In this document: positions 40,664 through 51,507 of the stretch, in pieces | How the letters are laid out: every line of letters begins with the position of its first letter | Numbering within the stretch: position 1 is the stretch's first letter | Assembly (NCBI GenBank): GCA_963681965.1 | Contig: OY820579.1 | Coordinates: 3,040,001 to 3,104,000, forward strand | Direction: 5' to 3' | Length of the DNA: 64,000 bases | Source: a bacterium | GTDB taxonomy: Bacteria; Electryoneota; JAOADG01 | The notes under the pieces: model-generated | The model's input: the letters and a program-made list of their open reading frames with translations, nothing else | The model's database searches: none | Told to the model about the DNA's origin: nothing | Made by a program: the position numbers and the translations under genes

Positions 40664-41153
40664 GATATTAATCTCCAAATTTCCGATATAATATTGAAAT
40701 TCCAGCACAAACTCACTAAGAAGTACCGATTGTCAATCAATTCGACAACACATGACTCTTAGATTTTGATTTCGGTGAGAAATAACAAAGAACCGATGCA
40801 GACTACTCGCTGGAATTGGCAATATTGTGCCATTGTTTCACATGAATATCCAAACGTATCGAAAAAAAAACCGTTCGGCAACTCGTTTCGATTTGATAAT
40901 TGTCTGCTAAATTTGTGTGAAAATGCACATTATTTCAATGTTTTCAAGTCCAAACAACATTCGATCGATTATTGTAATCTAATATTTATTATATAATTAG
41001 AGATTTTCAGTAATCACTTTCCAACGATCTTGTTATGATATTCACAACAATAAATTAAATTAGCTAATGATAATAACCAATATGGTTGTATTCTATGATT
41101 CGACCCTGAAGCAATAGCACTTCAGGGTCGATTATCCTAAATAATCAATGAAT

Positions 41154-42785
41154 TCAATTGATCGCAGTAACCCGATAATAGTTCACCCCAGTGACACCAG
41201 TATCAATGAACGTCGTTGTCGATCCTGAGACGGTTCCGATTAGATTCCCCGTTCCCGGTGGAGTAAAATATCCGGAAGAATACCGATAAATCCGATAACC
41301 AGTTACCGAAGAACTTGATGGTGTCCAACTCAGTTGTGCTCCTGGATTGAGAAATTGAACCGACAGCAACGATGGACTCCCCGGCGGTTGTGCAACAATG
41401 AAACCTGAGAATGCGGGTGTACTCCAAACTCCATTTTCATCCCGAGTTCGAATAAAGAGCGAGTGATTTCCAAGTGCAATGCTCGATAATGAAATTAGAA
41501 AATTCGAGTGAACTGAGTCAGCGTTTGCAATCGAAACAGTGTTTGCATTTCCAATTCCCGGATCGGTGTCGAGAAAATATTCCGCTCGTGTTAGATGCGG
41601 TCGAACAGTTGTTGAATTTCCTTTCCAGAAATAGCGCGAAATCGGCATCGACCATTTACCCGCTGCATCGCGGGTTCGAAACCAGATCGAATGAAATCCG
41701 TTACTAAAAGTTGATAACGGAATATTGAACGAAGTATTCACTGAATCGGCAACGCTAACTCCCACGCTAGTGCCACTACCCGGATTTACCAATCCATCGA
41801 TCGAATATTCCGCTGCAACGATATTCCGCGATGATACCTGTTCGCACCAAAACGAGTGATTGATTGGATACGACCATACCCCATTCGCAGCCTTCACTCG
41901 AAAACCAAAGCTGTGCATACCATTGCTAATACCGGTTAAGGGTGCAATAAACCGAGAATTAACCGAATCCGAAGGAGTAACGATTACGGAATGCGCAACA
42001 CCGCGACCGGGGTCGGTATCGAGAAACCATTCTGCCGCACTGATTTGCGAACCCGACAATTGCTGCACCCAAATCGGTCGAAAAATTGGTGCTGACCAGA
42101 TGCCATTAGTCGCCTTCACTCGGAACCCAAGAGCGTGGAAGCCACTACTAATTCCAGTTAGCGATGCGATAAATTGCGAGTTGACTGAATCTGCCGGTAT
42201 GATCGTCACTGCGTGTGCAGCACCGCGACCGGGATCTTCATCGAGGAACCACTCGGCTGCGCTGACCATAGTCGAAGGAAGATATTCCACCCAGAGTGGA
42301 CGTAGGGTAGGGTGTGACCAATTTCCCTTGCGGTCGTTAACTCGAATCCCCAAGACGTGAAATCCGCGAGTTAACGTGGTGATTGGTACCTCGAAACTCA
42401 CCGACACCGAATCTGATTCCAGGAAAATGATTTCGTTGCCATGTAGCGGTCCGGGATCGACATCGAAAAAATATTCACCGTAGGGTACCACTGTCGACAG
42501 ACTTCGTTGTACCCAGATCGATTTTATCACCGGGATACTTTTCCGATTATTATTGTCGACTGTCCTGATCAGTACTGTGTGAAACCCGTCAGATAATCCA
42601 CCGATTGGAACGGTAAAACTTCCCGCTGCTGAATCGCCATTCAGCGTAATACCAGTCAGCCAGTACCCGTTGATGGATGGCGGATCGATAGCATACTCAA
42701 TTCGATTGAGCGGTGTAGCAATCGTTACGCTTACGCATATTGAAAGCATTGCCAAAAGCAACTTACGTAGAATTGATGCGTTCAT
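41154..42785 (-). CDS. Secreted protein with six roughly 74-aa 'AEYFxDxDPG' Ig-like repeats and a C-terminal FN3-like domain
   Basis: Signal peptide after GGAGG RBS; repeats E(Y/W)FxDxDPG...G(F/M/N)H...R.....G.WS. Confidence 0.8.
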   Translation of the reverse strand: MNASILRKLLLAMLSICVSVTIATPLNRIEYAIDPPSINGYWLTGITLNGDSAAGSFTVPIGGLSDGFHTVLIRTVDNNNRKSIPVIKSIWVQRSLSTVVPYGEYFFDVDPGPLHGNEIIFLESDSVSVSFEVPITTLTRGFHVLGIRVNDRKGNWSHPTLRPLWVEYLPSTMVSAAEWFLDEDPGRGAAHAVTIIPADSVNSQFIASLTGISSGFHALGFRVKATNGIWSAPIFRPIWVQQLSGSQISAAEWFLDTDPGRGVAHSVIVTPSDSVNSRFIAPLTGISNGMHSFGFRVKAANGVWSYPINHSFWCEQVSSRNIVAAEYSIDGLVNPGSGTSVGVSVADSVNTSFNIPLSTFSNGFHSIWFRTRDAAGKWSMPISRYFWKGNSTTVRPHLTRAEYFLDTDPGIGNANTVSIANADSVHSNFLISLSSIALGNHSLFIRTRDENGVWSTPAFSGFIVAQPPGSPSLLSVQFLNPGAQLSWTPSSSSVTGYRIYRYSSGYFTPPGTGNLIGTVSGSTTTFIDTGVTGVNYYRVTAIN

Positions 42786-42795
42786 CACGCCTCCG

Positions 42796-43764
42796 TTAGT
42801 TGCGACCCTTGGCACGGAAATCGACTTGTAAACCACCGGTAGTTGATGCCGTGGTTGGAACAAACAGATAGGTGATGGTCGGAATCGGCGGTATACCCGA
42901 AAGCACATACGGATAAGGTCCAGTATACATTCCGATATCTGCTCCGCTACGACCGGCGCCGATGCCCGCTGAATTGGCTTTCAATTGCCATCTGGTTTCG
43001 TTGTTACCCGGACCGGTAAACACCGAGTCGATCGGCGACTGCCGATTACCGGTACCGTTGGGAAAAACGGCGTAGGAAAATAACACATGATCGATCGTGC
43101 AGTTCGAAGTACTGATTGCTTGGATGGAAACGATATATGAATTGTAACAGGTTGAGTTCGCTAAATTCATTCCACCATAAGGATTGGTATAATTGAATAT
43201 GCAATGTCCTATAGTCGTTCCAGTATGATTGGAGCCATAGGAAATCGGAGAATTGTTGTTTTCGATATAGGTATTGAAGATCTGGGTATTGGAACTCCCA
43301 TTGATATTGATTGTACCTGTGATGAAACATTGCTGAATACAGACGTCGGTTACAGATCCAACAAGGATCGTAGTATTCACCAAACATCTTCTAATTAAGA
43401 TATTGGATGCGTTTACCGAAACATTGCTGTAAAAGGTCAAACTGACGAGTTGCGAGTTCTGAGATCCTTCGGACATCGTGATACCATTCAGGCGAGCTTC
43501 AGAAGCATTTGCCTGTGTTTCCAAATTGCTGGTTAGATAATATCCGGGACCAATCCACACCAGACGTTTAGTACAGTTCGGTGCTTCGTACATCGTTGCA
43601 GAGCCGATCACGTAGATCGTATCGCCGACGGCTGCGGCATCGTGACCGGATTGCGGAGTACGATATGCTGTTGGATTATTGGTGTTGTTATCGACGATGT
43701 ACACGTTGGCAAAAGCTGTGATCGAGCACGCGATGCACAATAGAAATAGCAAAAAGCGCTTCAT
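42796..43764 (-). CDS. Secreted right-handed beta-helix-like protein
   Basis: Signal peptide; A..GDTIYV, IGPGY, Asn/Ile/Cys ladders, AIGAG-like..DIG.Y.G. Confidence 0.7.
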   Translation of the reverse strand: MKRFLLFLLCIACSITAFANVYIVDNNTNNPTAYRTPQSGHDAAAVGDTIYVIGSATMYEAPNCTKRLVWIGPGYYLTSNLETQANASEARLNGITMSEGSQNSQLVSLTFYSNVSVNASNILIRRCLVNTTILVGSVTDVCIQQCFITGTININGSSNTQIFNTYIENNNSPISYGSNHTGTTIGHCIFNYTNPYGGMNLANSTCYNSYIVSIQAISTSNCTIDHVLFSYAVFPNGTGNRQSPIDSVFTGPGNNETRWQLKANSAGIGAGRSGADIGMYTGPYPYVLSGIPPIPTITYLFVPTTASTTGGLQVDFRAKGRN

Positions 43765-44213
43765 AAGAGCCTCTTATGTGAAGTAGAAGAAGTGAAGTAA
43801 AAAAATGAGAAAATCCGGAAGTCATACATTATAAGTATAAATTAGAAATTAACGTCTCATATAGCAATCAATTTTCCCGATTAAGACTAGATTTCAATAA
43901 GCATTGGTTCAAGCAATAATTCTGGATAACAGAATATGAATAAAGCAGTAAGCACATACATACGATTTAGTGCTTTGAGTCGATTATTATAACTACTGAG
44001 TTTTAATGACTACGTGTAGTATCGGGCAAGCAATTAGAGAAACTTTTTACTTGACCGGAAGAACATTCAGTCGCAATTGACAGAAGTATATTCGCAAGGA
44101 ATGCATCGCTACAACAATTTTCTGGATAGCTCGAACTGGCTATTATCTCTTTGAGATCGTTATAATGCAAGTTAATTGCTAATCGGGAAAAATCAGTAAT
44201 TATTTCAATCGCT

Positions 44214-44870
44214 TCAATGAATTTTCTCGGTCACCACTGTTCCAAAATAGCGATCGCCATAATCACCAAGACCCGGATCGATATACTTCATCGCAGTTAA
44301 ATGGGGATCGATCGCAGCCACAGTAATATGGGCTTCCGGAATATGCGTTGCCAACCGATCATACCCTTCCTGTGAAGCGACAACTCCGAGAAAATGAATC
44401 TGATCGGGAATGTAACCATGATCGCGTAAAATGTCGATCGCCATGATTGCTGAGCCTGCGGTAGCAAGCATTGGATCAAGAATAATCGCATTGGTCGGGA
44501 GTGGATGAGGAAATTTCTTATAAAATAGTTTTGGTTCGGCAGTAGCTTCATCTCGTTGTATCAATAAAGAACCGACTGCTGCTTGCGGAACGACACCCAG
44601 AAAGGCTTGAACCAACGCTTGCCCGGCTCGATAGATCGGTACACCCATGACATCGGTATCGAGCACTTGCCCTTCGGCAATGCCAACCGGTGTCTGTACG
44701 GACAACGTGCGGTGCGGTAATTTTGCTACGGCTGCCGCACAAAGCAAGCGAGCTAGATTGTCGGAAGCCCATCGGAATTTTTCAGTCGTCGTCGATACAT
44801 CGCGCAAGATGTATAGATACCGTTCCATTTCGAGTGTGTTCGGATTCAAGTTGTCCTCACTAGTGAGCAA
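44214..44870 (-). CDS. upp: Uracil phosphoribosyltransferase
   Basis: PIYRAG, IQRDE, DPMLATAGS, PGLGDYGDR. Confidence 0.93.
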   Translation of the reverse strand: MLTSEDNLNPNTLEMERYLYILRDVSTTTEKFRWASDNLARLLCAAAVAKLPHRTLSVQTPVGIAEGQVLDTDVMGVPIYRAGQALVQAFLGVVPQAAVGSLLIQRDEATAEPKLFYKKFPHPLPTNAIILDPMLATAGSAIMAIDILRDHGYIPDQIHFLGVVASQEGYDRLATHIPEAHITVAAIDPHLTAMKYIDPGLGDYGDRYFGTVVTEKIH

Positions 44871-44973
44871 GTAATCGCCCCAATATTACTAAATAAAACA
44901 CCCAGGAAAAAATTTGTTGGAGTAACTGACTGAATCGCACCTTCAGTGCTGTATTGAGATATCAATCATCTGC

Positions 44974-47900
44974 TTAATTTCGATCCAGAACATACCTTAC
45001 TTTTGCCGCTAGATCTTTCATCGAAAATGGCTTCTGGATAAAATTGTACTCTTCATCCAGAACTCCCTCATGTTCGATAACTTCAGCGGTATAACCAGAC
45101 ATAAAAATATGTCTCATGTCTGGAAATCGTTGCTTAAGATTTAACATCAGATCTCGACCATTCATCTCCGGCATAACAACATCGGTAATCAGTAAGTCAA
45201 TATAATTCAGATCGGTCGAAGCGATCCGAATTGCAGCTTCTGGCGAGTTAGCGGGTACGATATTGTAGCCCATTCGTTCCAACATCGACGCAGCCATTCG
45301 CAAGATCGCCGGTTCATCTTCCACGAGTAATATCGTTTCACTACCTCGAATTGGTTGAGATGTAGAAATCTCATTCGATCGAACGATCGTAGTTTGAAAT
45401 CGCGGAAGATAAATTTCAAACGTTGTACCCTTACTCTCTTCACTCGATACTTCAATATATCCCTTGTTCTGTTCGACAATGCCGTAAACCGACGCTAATC
45501 CGAGACCGGTACCCTTTCCCAATTCCTTGGTGGTAAAGAACGGTTCATAAATGTGTTTTAAGGTCTCCTCATTCATACCACAACCATTATCGGTTACCGA
45601 CAGTACGATAAATTCACCATGTTTCGATTGGTTGTGATTGTTGTCGTTGTTATCATCTACAACAATATTGCGAGTCTGAATAGTGATTTTTCCGATGCCG
45701 GAAATTGCATCACGCGCATTGATACACAGATTGGCTAGAATCTGGTCGATTTGTGAGGGATCCATATTAATCTGCCATAAATTAGATCCTGGACTCCAAG
45801 TCAACTCAATATTTTCGCCAATCAATCGGTGAAGCATATTCAGCATACCCTCAACCGTACTATTCAAATCGAGAATTTTCGGAATCACTGTTTGTTTTCG
45901 TGCGAACGCCAACAACTTACTTGTCAAATCAGCCGATCGCATGGCTGCTTTGTGGATTTCCTCCAAATTGCGATAGTCATCACTATTCTGATCGATTGTA
46001 CTCAGAAGCATCTCAGTGTGTCCAAGAATGACACCCAACATATTGTTAAAATCGTGTGCGACACCGCCTGCCAAACGCCCGACAGACTCCATTTTTTGAG
46101 CTTGAATGAGTTGAGATTGAAGTTGCTTTTGTTCCTCCTCGGCAATTTTTCGATCGGTAACATCAAGATGAGTACCGCACATACGAAGCGGTCGACCGAA
46201 CTCGTCTCGGTCAACTACCCGTCCTTTATCAAGCACCCATACCCACTTACCTGATTTATGTCGAAGACGATTTTCGACGGCATAAAATTCAGTTTTTCCC
46301 TCCAAATGTGCGGCTAGAATTTTGTTTACTTCCTCTTTATCGTCGGGATGTACTAATTTTTCCCAAGAACTGATATCTTGCGCAATTTCTTCATATTGAT
46401 AACCGAGCATTTCTGCCCATCGGTCGTTGAATTTGACATATCCGGTCGTTACATTCCAGTCCCAGGTACCAAGTTCGGCACCGTGCAATGCTAGTTGTAA
46501 CCGTTCTTCACGCTCTTGAAGGATCTTTTCCACTTGTTTACGTTCAGTAATATCGCGTGAAAATCCTGTTGTTCCGATTATTACCCCGAATTCGTTACGT
46601 ACCGGCGTTTTAAATGTTTCAAACCACCGCATCTCCCCATTATCGAAAATTTGTTCTTCCGTGACGACGGGAATTCCTGAAGACATGATGTCAAAATCAT
46701 CTTTACGGTATTTGTTGGCTAGCTCTGCCGGCCAGATATCGAGATCGGTTTTACCAACTACTTCGGATCGTTTTTCTTTTCCACACGATTTTGCAAACAT
46801 GCGATTCACCGCGAGAAACCGGCTTTCGGCATCTTTCAACCAAACCAATCCGGGTTGGTTCTCAATGATCGCAGTCAAGTAGGATTCGCGTTGTTTCACT
46901 GCTTCTTCGGCACGACGGCGTTCAGTAATATCGATTAAGAAACCATCCCAAATGATCGCTCCCGATGGTAATCGTTCTGGTGTTGAATGAATTTCCAACC
47001 ACCCAACTTCACCATTTTTTACAAATCGGTACGAAGCGTGGTAGGGGTTCAATGAGGTCGCTGATTCTGTAATGCTAGCATAGAACGCCGCATGATCGTC
47101 GGGGTGAACCAAATTGAGGATTAGCGAGGCATCGCGAGTCGCTGCTTCAGCAGAAATCCCGGTGATATCGATCAGCACTTCATTGACGTAAGAAAAATTG
47201 AATTCACCAGTCGGAGACATTTCAAATTGAAAAACGACCGCCGGTGAGTTTTCCGCAAGTCGCTTGTATTTACCCTCGCTTTTACTGAGATCGTTAATTT
47301 TCTGGTTTAAACGACTCTTCAGAATAAATGTGATGCACAAGAGACCGACGAGTAATAACACAGCGAATGTGACGACCAACCTGAGTAGTCGTTTGGTTTC
47401 CGGATCGAATCCCGCCTCACTTTGCAGCGAAATCCACTGATTGCGAATCGTTTTAAGTTCTGATTCCGGAACACTGTTCAGCGCCTTTTGGATCGAGCTA
47501 TACAGATAGGGATATTTCCGGCTGACACCGATGCTCCAAGCGAACGAAAAGTCCGTTGTTCCCGCAACCCGAAGATTGGGAATACCACTCTTATTGATGT
47601 AATAGGCTGCTACTGCGAGATTCTCGACAAAAGCGTCGACCTGACCAAACGAAACGCTCTGTAATCCATCTTGTACATTTTTTACCGGAATCACGTGAAA
47701 CGAACCGAGTAACGCCTGATCCCGGATATACTTTTCGGTTGCGAATCCCGAAACAACACCGATCCGTTTCCCGGCAAGATTGTTTAGCGATAATTTCTCA
47801 CTAACTGAGTTTTTCGTGATGATTACAACTGGCACCGTTGCATACGGTTGTGTGAAAAACGCATACTCCTCCCGTTCGTTCGTGCGAACGATGGTCGGTG

Positions 47901-48252
47901 CGATGGCACACTCCCCACTCTTCAGAGCTGCAAGATGAGCATTCCAGTCGTCCGAGGGTTTCTTAATGAAATGCACATTGAGCAGTGTTTCAACCCGATC
48001 GACAACATCCGCACCCATCCCCACGAATGTGCCGGATTTTGAACTAAACTCGATCGGCGGAAACTCGACATTGAAGAGCAGAATCATTTTATCGGGATTG
48101 TTATCCAACCATGCCCGTTCTTCGGTAGATAGTTGGACGCGAGCGGCTTTGACTGCGCTGGCAGATGCAAACTGCAGCATGAATACAATCAGGAGGAAAC
48201 AAATTATAATTGGTAGCTTCGCAAATCGAGACATAGACCATCGAACAATCAT
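44974..48252 (-). CDS. Hybrid sensor histidine kinase (periplasmic SBP family 3, three PAS, HisKA/HATPase, REC)
   Basis: FPP.E SBP domain, TM, PAS motifs VHPDD, AHDFNN, NARDA, GTGLGL, receiver DVVMP/KPF. Confidence 0.95.
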   Translation of the reverse strand: MIVRWSMSRFAKLPIIICFLLIVFMLQFASASAVKAARVQLSTEERAWLDNNPDKMILLFNVEFPPIEFSSKSGTFVGMGADVVDRVETLLNVHFIKKPSDDWNAHLAALKSGECAIAPTIVRTNEREEYAFFTQPYATVPVVIITKNSVSEKLSLNNLAGKRIGVVSGFATEKYIRDQALLGSFHVIPVKNVQDGLQSVSFGQVDAFVENLAVAAYYINKSGIPNLRVAGTTDFSFAWSIGVSRKYPYLYSSIQKALNSVPESELKTIRNQWISLQSEAGFDPETKRLLRLVVTFAVLLLVGLLCITFILKSRLNQKINDLSKSEGKYKRLAENSPAVVFQFEMSPTGEFNFSYVNEVLIDITGISAEAATRDASLILNLVHPDDHAAFYASITESATSLNPYHASYRFVKNGEVGWLEIHSTPERLPSGAIIWDGFLIDITERRRAEEAVKQRESYLTAIIENQPGLVWLKDAESRFLAVNRMFAKSCGKEKRSEVVGKTDLDIWPAELANKYRKDDFDIMSSGIPVVTEEQIFDNGEMRWFETFKTPVRNEFGVIIGTTGFSRDITERKQVEKILQEREERLQLALHGAELGTWDWNVTTGYVKFNDRWAEMLGYQYEEIAQDISSWEKLVHPDDKEEVNKILAAHLEGKTEFYAVENRLRHKSGKWVWVLDKGRVVDRDEFGRPLRMCGTHLDVTDRKIAEEEQKQLQSQLIQAQKMESVGRLAGGVAHDFNNMLGVILGHTEMLLSTIDQNSDDYRNLEEIHKAAMRSADLTSKLLAFARKQTVIPKILDLNSTVEGMLNMLHRLIGENIELTWSPGSNLWQINMDPSQIDQILANLCINARDAISGIGKITIQTRNIVVDDNNDNNHNQSKHGEFIVLSVTDNGCGMNEETLKHIYEPFFTTKELGKGTGLGLASVYGIVEQNKGYIEVSSEESKGTTFEIYLPRFQTTIVRSNEISTSQPIRGSETILLVEDEPAILRMAASMLERMGYNIVPANSPEAAIRIASTDLNYIDLLITDVVMPEMNGRDLMLNLKQRFPDMRHIFMSGYTAEVIEHEGVLDEEYNFIQKPFSMKDLAAKVRYVLDRN

Positions 48253-48572
48253 CTAAGACCCAAAATTAGGTAGTTCTTGAAATCCGGGGGTTGGTTACTT
48301 TGCTGTCGCTTGGCTAATTTTTTATTGAAACTGTAGCAAAGATCGAGCAAATCGACACAATCCATAATAAATGCACTGTCTCATCAGAATGCTAGCGTTA
48401 GATCGCGATAATTGAAAAAATATAGTTCGATAGGATAATCAATTTATTACGCAGTGTATAGGTCGATGAGAGGGATAGATCGCGTCAGTTGACTATGGTG
48501 GTTTTCAAAAGTTAGTTCTCATCATGCGTAACTGCGCTTCCCCGCTTCTGCCTCTTCTGTTGTAATCTTGTA

Positions 48573-48967
48573 GTAGAGGCGCCTCCCCGCGGGCGCCCGA
48601 TCTTTTATCTTTAATTTTTTTTATCTTTTCCCTAACACCCATCACCCATTACCCAACCCCCATTTTGTTGATTTGTCGTTGCGAGGAAAACCTTGCGGCA
48701 GCGAAGCGGCAAGGTTTAGCGAACACCGATGAATCTTGTAAATGTCGGGTTCGCAACACAACGTAGGAACGTGCGCAGCACTTCCGAAGCGAAGAGACGA
48801 AGCAACCCCGAAGGGCTCACCGAAGGTAATCTCCTCCTGTGTCTTGTATCCTGCAGTGGGGTGGACCCCTTTGTCCGCCCGTTTTTGTATCAGTTTTCTA
48901 CCGTAGGGGCGAATCGCATTCGCCCACTCTTGTATCTGTTTCACCAAGCACTAAGAACCAAGCACTA
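48573..48967. repeat. Mosaic cluster of REP-like and RPE-like palindromes
   Basis: GTAGAGGCGCC..GGCGCC (48573), GTCGTTGCGAGG (48675), GACGAAGCAACC (48796), GTGGGGTGGAC..GTCCGCCC (48856), GTAGGGGCGAATCGCATTCGCCC (48903), tandem ACCAAGCACTA. Confidence 0.75.
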
Positions 48968-48971
48968 TGCT

Positions 48972-51380
48972 CTACTTCACCATCACGACTTTCTTCGTTG
49001 CAACAAATCCCGGCGCTTTCATCGAGATAAAGTAGATGCCCGATGAATTACGGTCAGCATGCCAGATGATCTCGTGACGACCTGCATTAAGTTGGCCATC
49101 ATGAAGTGTAGAAACAATTCTTCCCAACACATCGGAAACAATGATCGTTACTTGATCCTTTTTCGGAACATCGAAACGAATGTGCAGTGTCGAGTTGAAA
49201 GGATTCGGATAAGGAATCGAAAGCTTGAAATCGTTGGGAAGCGGATTACCGATGAGTGGTTCCACAGCAGTATCGTAGTGAGGAATGTGGTAGGTGCTGA
49301 TGGCATCATTGCCGAACAGTACAACTGTATTGTGGTATATAATCGGGTTGGCTTGCTTCATGATCCTGCCACGATACACTAATCCACTTGGTGTTATCTG
49401 GTAAACCAGCTTAAAACCATACCAATAATTATGCAAATCGACGAGAAGGATATTCCCGTCCAGGTCGATGTTTATTTCGGTATTGTACTGCTGGAATAGG
49501 GTATCGAGGGAACAATAGAGATAAGGCATACCAGTTTGCGGTAATACATAAATCCCCCGACCGTAAACAAATAGAGTGTCAAAATTCGTAGAAGATAGTA
49601 GCCCTGGACTCGCAATCGGAACGGAAAAACCAGTTTGTTGAACCCAACCAGTACCAGTCAAGCGAAACCACTTAGCTGTCGCTGGAGAAGAAGAAGTTGC
49701 AAAAACAGCATTGGAATCGCGTATCGCAAGAATGTTGTAAACCTGATTTACATTTATGGTCGTTTCCAAACGCGCACTATCAGAATCGATTCGGTAAAAA
49801 TATAAGTATGCACTTGTTCTAGGAGGAGGGGAAGCATTCAATACGAAATGTCTATTAGAGAAATACGTGATATGGAAATAGTCCGCACAATTGGCTGAAT
49901 ATGAAAGTAATGTATCAATAATTACTGTTCCATTGGTAAATCTTGCACGAAGAACTTTCTTATCTGCCGTTGTCCCTAACAATGTTGTATCATACAGTTT
50001 ACTGTCAACTACATCCAAATTCGTAACATCATTTGGTAGTATTCCTAAGATTTGATGATTGGTTCCGTTTGTATCGATTTCGAAAACACCCCAATTACCT
50101 CCTTGTAGTGATGTGCGTACTCCTCCCATCGAACCAAGTATTCGATTTCGCCACCGCATTACGCTATACGATCCATTCGTTACCGCCACCTTCGGAACAT
50201 TCGTCTGCGTTCGATAGAACCAAGCAGTGTCGATCACCGTTTGGTCGTCGATGCAGAATAAATGTGGATTTAACCCGTAACCGGTGGGGTATTCATGGGC
50301 GATTGCTCCAATGATACTTGTTTGCGTTCGTGTGACTAGTGCTGGAGGCGGAGGAGTAAACCCGCGATCCCAAGTTTGTGGTTCGAATTGATAGAACGGT
50401 ATTGAATCGAAGGGAACCGGATATCGAACACTTTGTGCCAGCGAGAAGCGCATATATTGCACATTCAATGCACCAGATGATCCGTTTGCATTTCTCGCAG
50501 TCATGCCATCGATATACTGTCGATCCGTTTGTGGCATGAGCCATTTGATGTTGTAAGGAAAAGTGATAGAATCAAGGACGGAAGGGGTTAACGAATCGTT
50601 CAGCGTCCATACAATCCATTGGTGATTATTACCAACAGTTACGAGTGTATCATTGACAAATGCCGGTACGCCGGGTAATACCGGTACTTGCACCCGACGA
50701 ACGGAAGGAGGGTGCTGCGACAAGTCGAGGATTACAAATGTCGAATCGGTACTATCGGCGCCAAACGCGATGTTGTTGCGAACTGCCCAATCGGAAACCG
50801 TCGGAACACTTAAATAATCCTGCCATTGATCGTTACTGTCGCGAATGAAGATTCGATTCAAATGAAATAAGTAATCGCCATACCGTACCGGTCGTAATGG
50901 ATAACGAAACACATCGTACATCGCCACATCTGGTTGCTGAAAGAAATTCTCATTCCCGCAGAGCGTTGTATCTATCTGAAATTGAGTCCCGTTCGGTACG
51001 GGACCGAGATAGGTTGGTGAGTTAATCCCATCCCATTGTATCCATGGGTTGGGACGAGTAAATGTTAATTTATCGCCATAACGGAACAGGTACGGAACGC
51101 CGGCATGATGGTAGTAGGGTAAAGCAAGCGACGTTAGTTGACGAAAACTATCCGGTGCCACTTCCTGCAAGGCGACAAACCCGTAATCGGTGAGACAGAA
51201 CAGCGTATCGCCATTAGCGGTAAGCGAATTCAAATGGTAGTTTGGATAGCTGTCTCCAATCCACTCGAAATCATCGCCCCAGCGCGGAGTAGCAAGCGCT
51301 ACTCCGACCAGAAGCAACCAAAAGATGATTGTCACACTGCGCATCGGGATCTCGATTTGCACTTTGTAATATCTATTCAA
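48972..51380 (-). CDS. Secreted beta-rich protein of unknown function with T9SS-type C-terminal domain
   Basis: Signal peptide (start probably MRSVTII); PYPNPFN...SSGIYF...KKVVMVK tail. Confidence 0.75.
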   Translation of the reverse strand: MNRYYKVQIEIPMRSVTIIFWLLLVGVALATPRWGDDFEWIGDSYPNYHLNSLTANGDTLFCLTDYGFVALQEVAPDSFRQLTSLALPYYHHAGVPYLFRYGDKLTFTRPNPWIQWDGINSPTYLGPVPNGTQFQIDTTLCGNENFFQQPDVAMYDVFRYPLRPVRYGDYLFHLNRIFIRDSNDQWQDYLSVPTVSDWAVRNNIAFGADSTDSTFVILDLSQHPPSVRRVQVPVLPGVPAFVNDTLVTVGNNHQWIVWTLNDSLTPSVLDSITFPYNIKWLMPQTDRQYIDGMTARNANGSSGALNVQYMRFSLAQSVRYPVPFDSIPFYQFEPQTWDRGFTPPPPALVTRTQTSIIGAIAHEYPTGYGLNPHLFCIDDQTVIDTAWFYRTQTNVPKVAVTNGSYSVMRWRNRILGSMGGVRTSLQGGNWGVFEIDTNGTNHQILGILPNDVTNLDVVDSKLYDTTLLGTTADKKVLRARFTNGTVIIDTLLSYSANCADYFHITYFSNRHFVLNASPPPRTSAYLYFYRIDSDSARLETTINVNQVYNILAIRDSNAVFATSSSPATAKWFRLTGTGWVQQTGFSVPIASPGLLSSTNFDTLFVYGRGIYVLPQTGMPYLYCSLDTLFQQYNTEINIDLDGNILLVDLHNYWYGFKLVYQITPSGLVYRGRIMKQANPIIYHNTVVLFGNDAISTYHIPHYDTAVEPLIGNPLPNDFKLSIPYPNPFNSTLHIRFDVPKKDQVTIIVSDVLGRIVSTLHDGQLNAGRHEIIWHADRNSSGIYFISMKAPGFVATKKVVMVK

Positions 51381-51507
51381 TTCTCAAGATAACAACATAC
51401 TTCACCAGTTAAAATACTTTATCCCTGCATTTTCAATTTTCTCTTTAAAAAAATGCGCCGAATCGCTTCAGCGCATCGATATCTTTCAATCACTTCAGTC
51501 GAAAAAT

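Noticed and set aside
48642-49046. ORFs of about 100 aa here and at 61734..62027, two of which share the peptide PRNDKS
   Set aside because: The shared peptide comes from the repeated RPE-like DNA arm; there is no RBS or protein-family signal.
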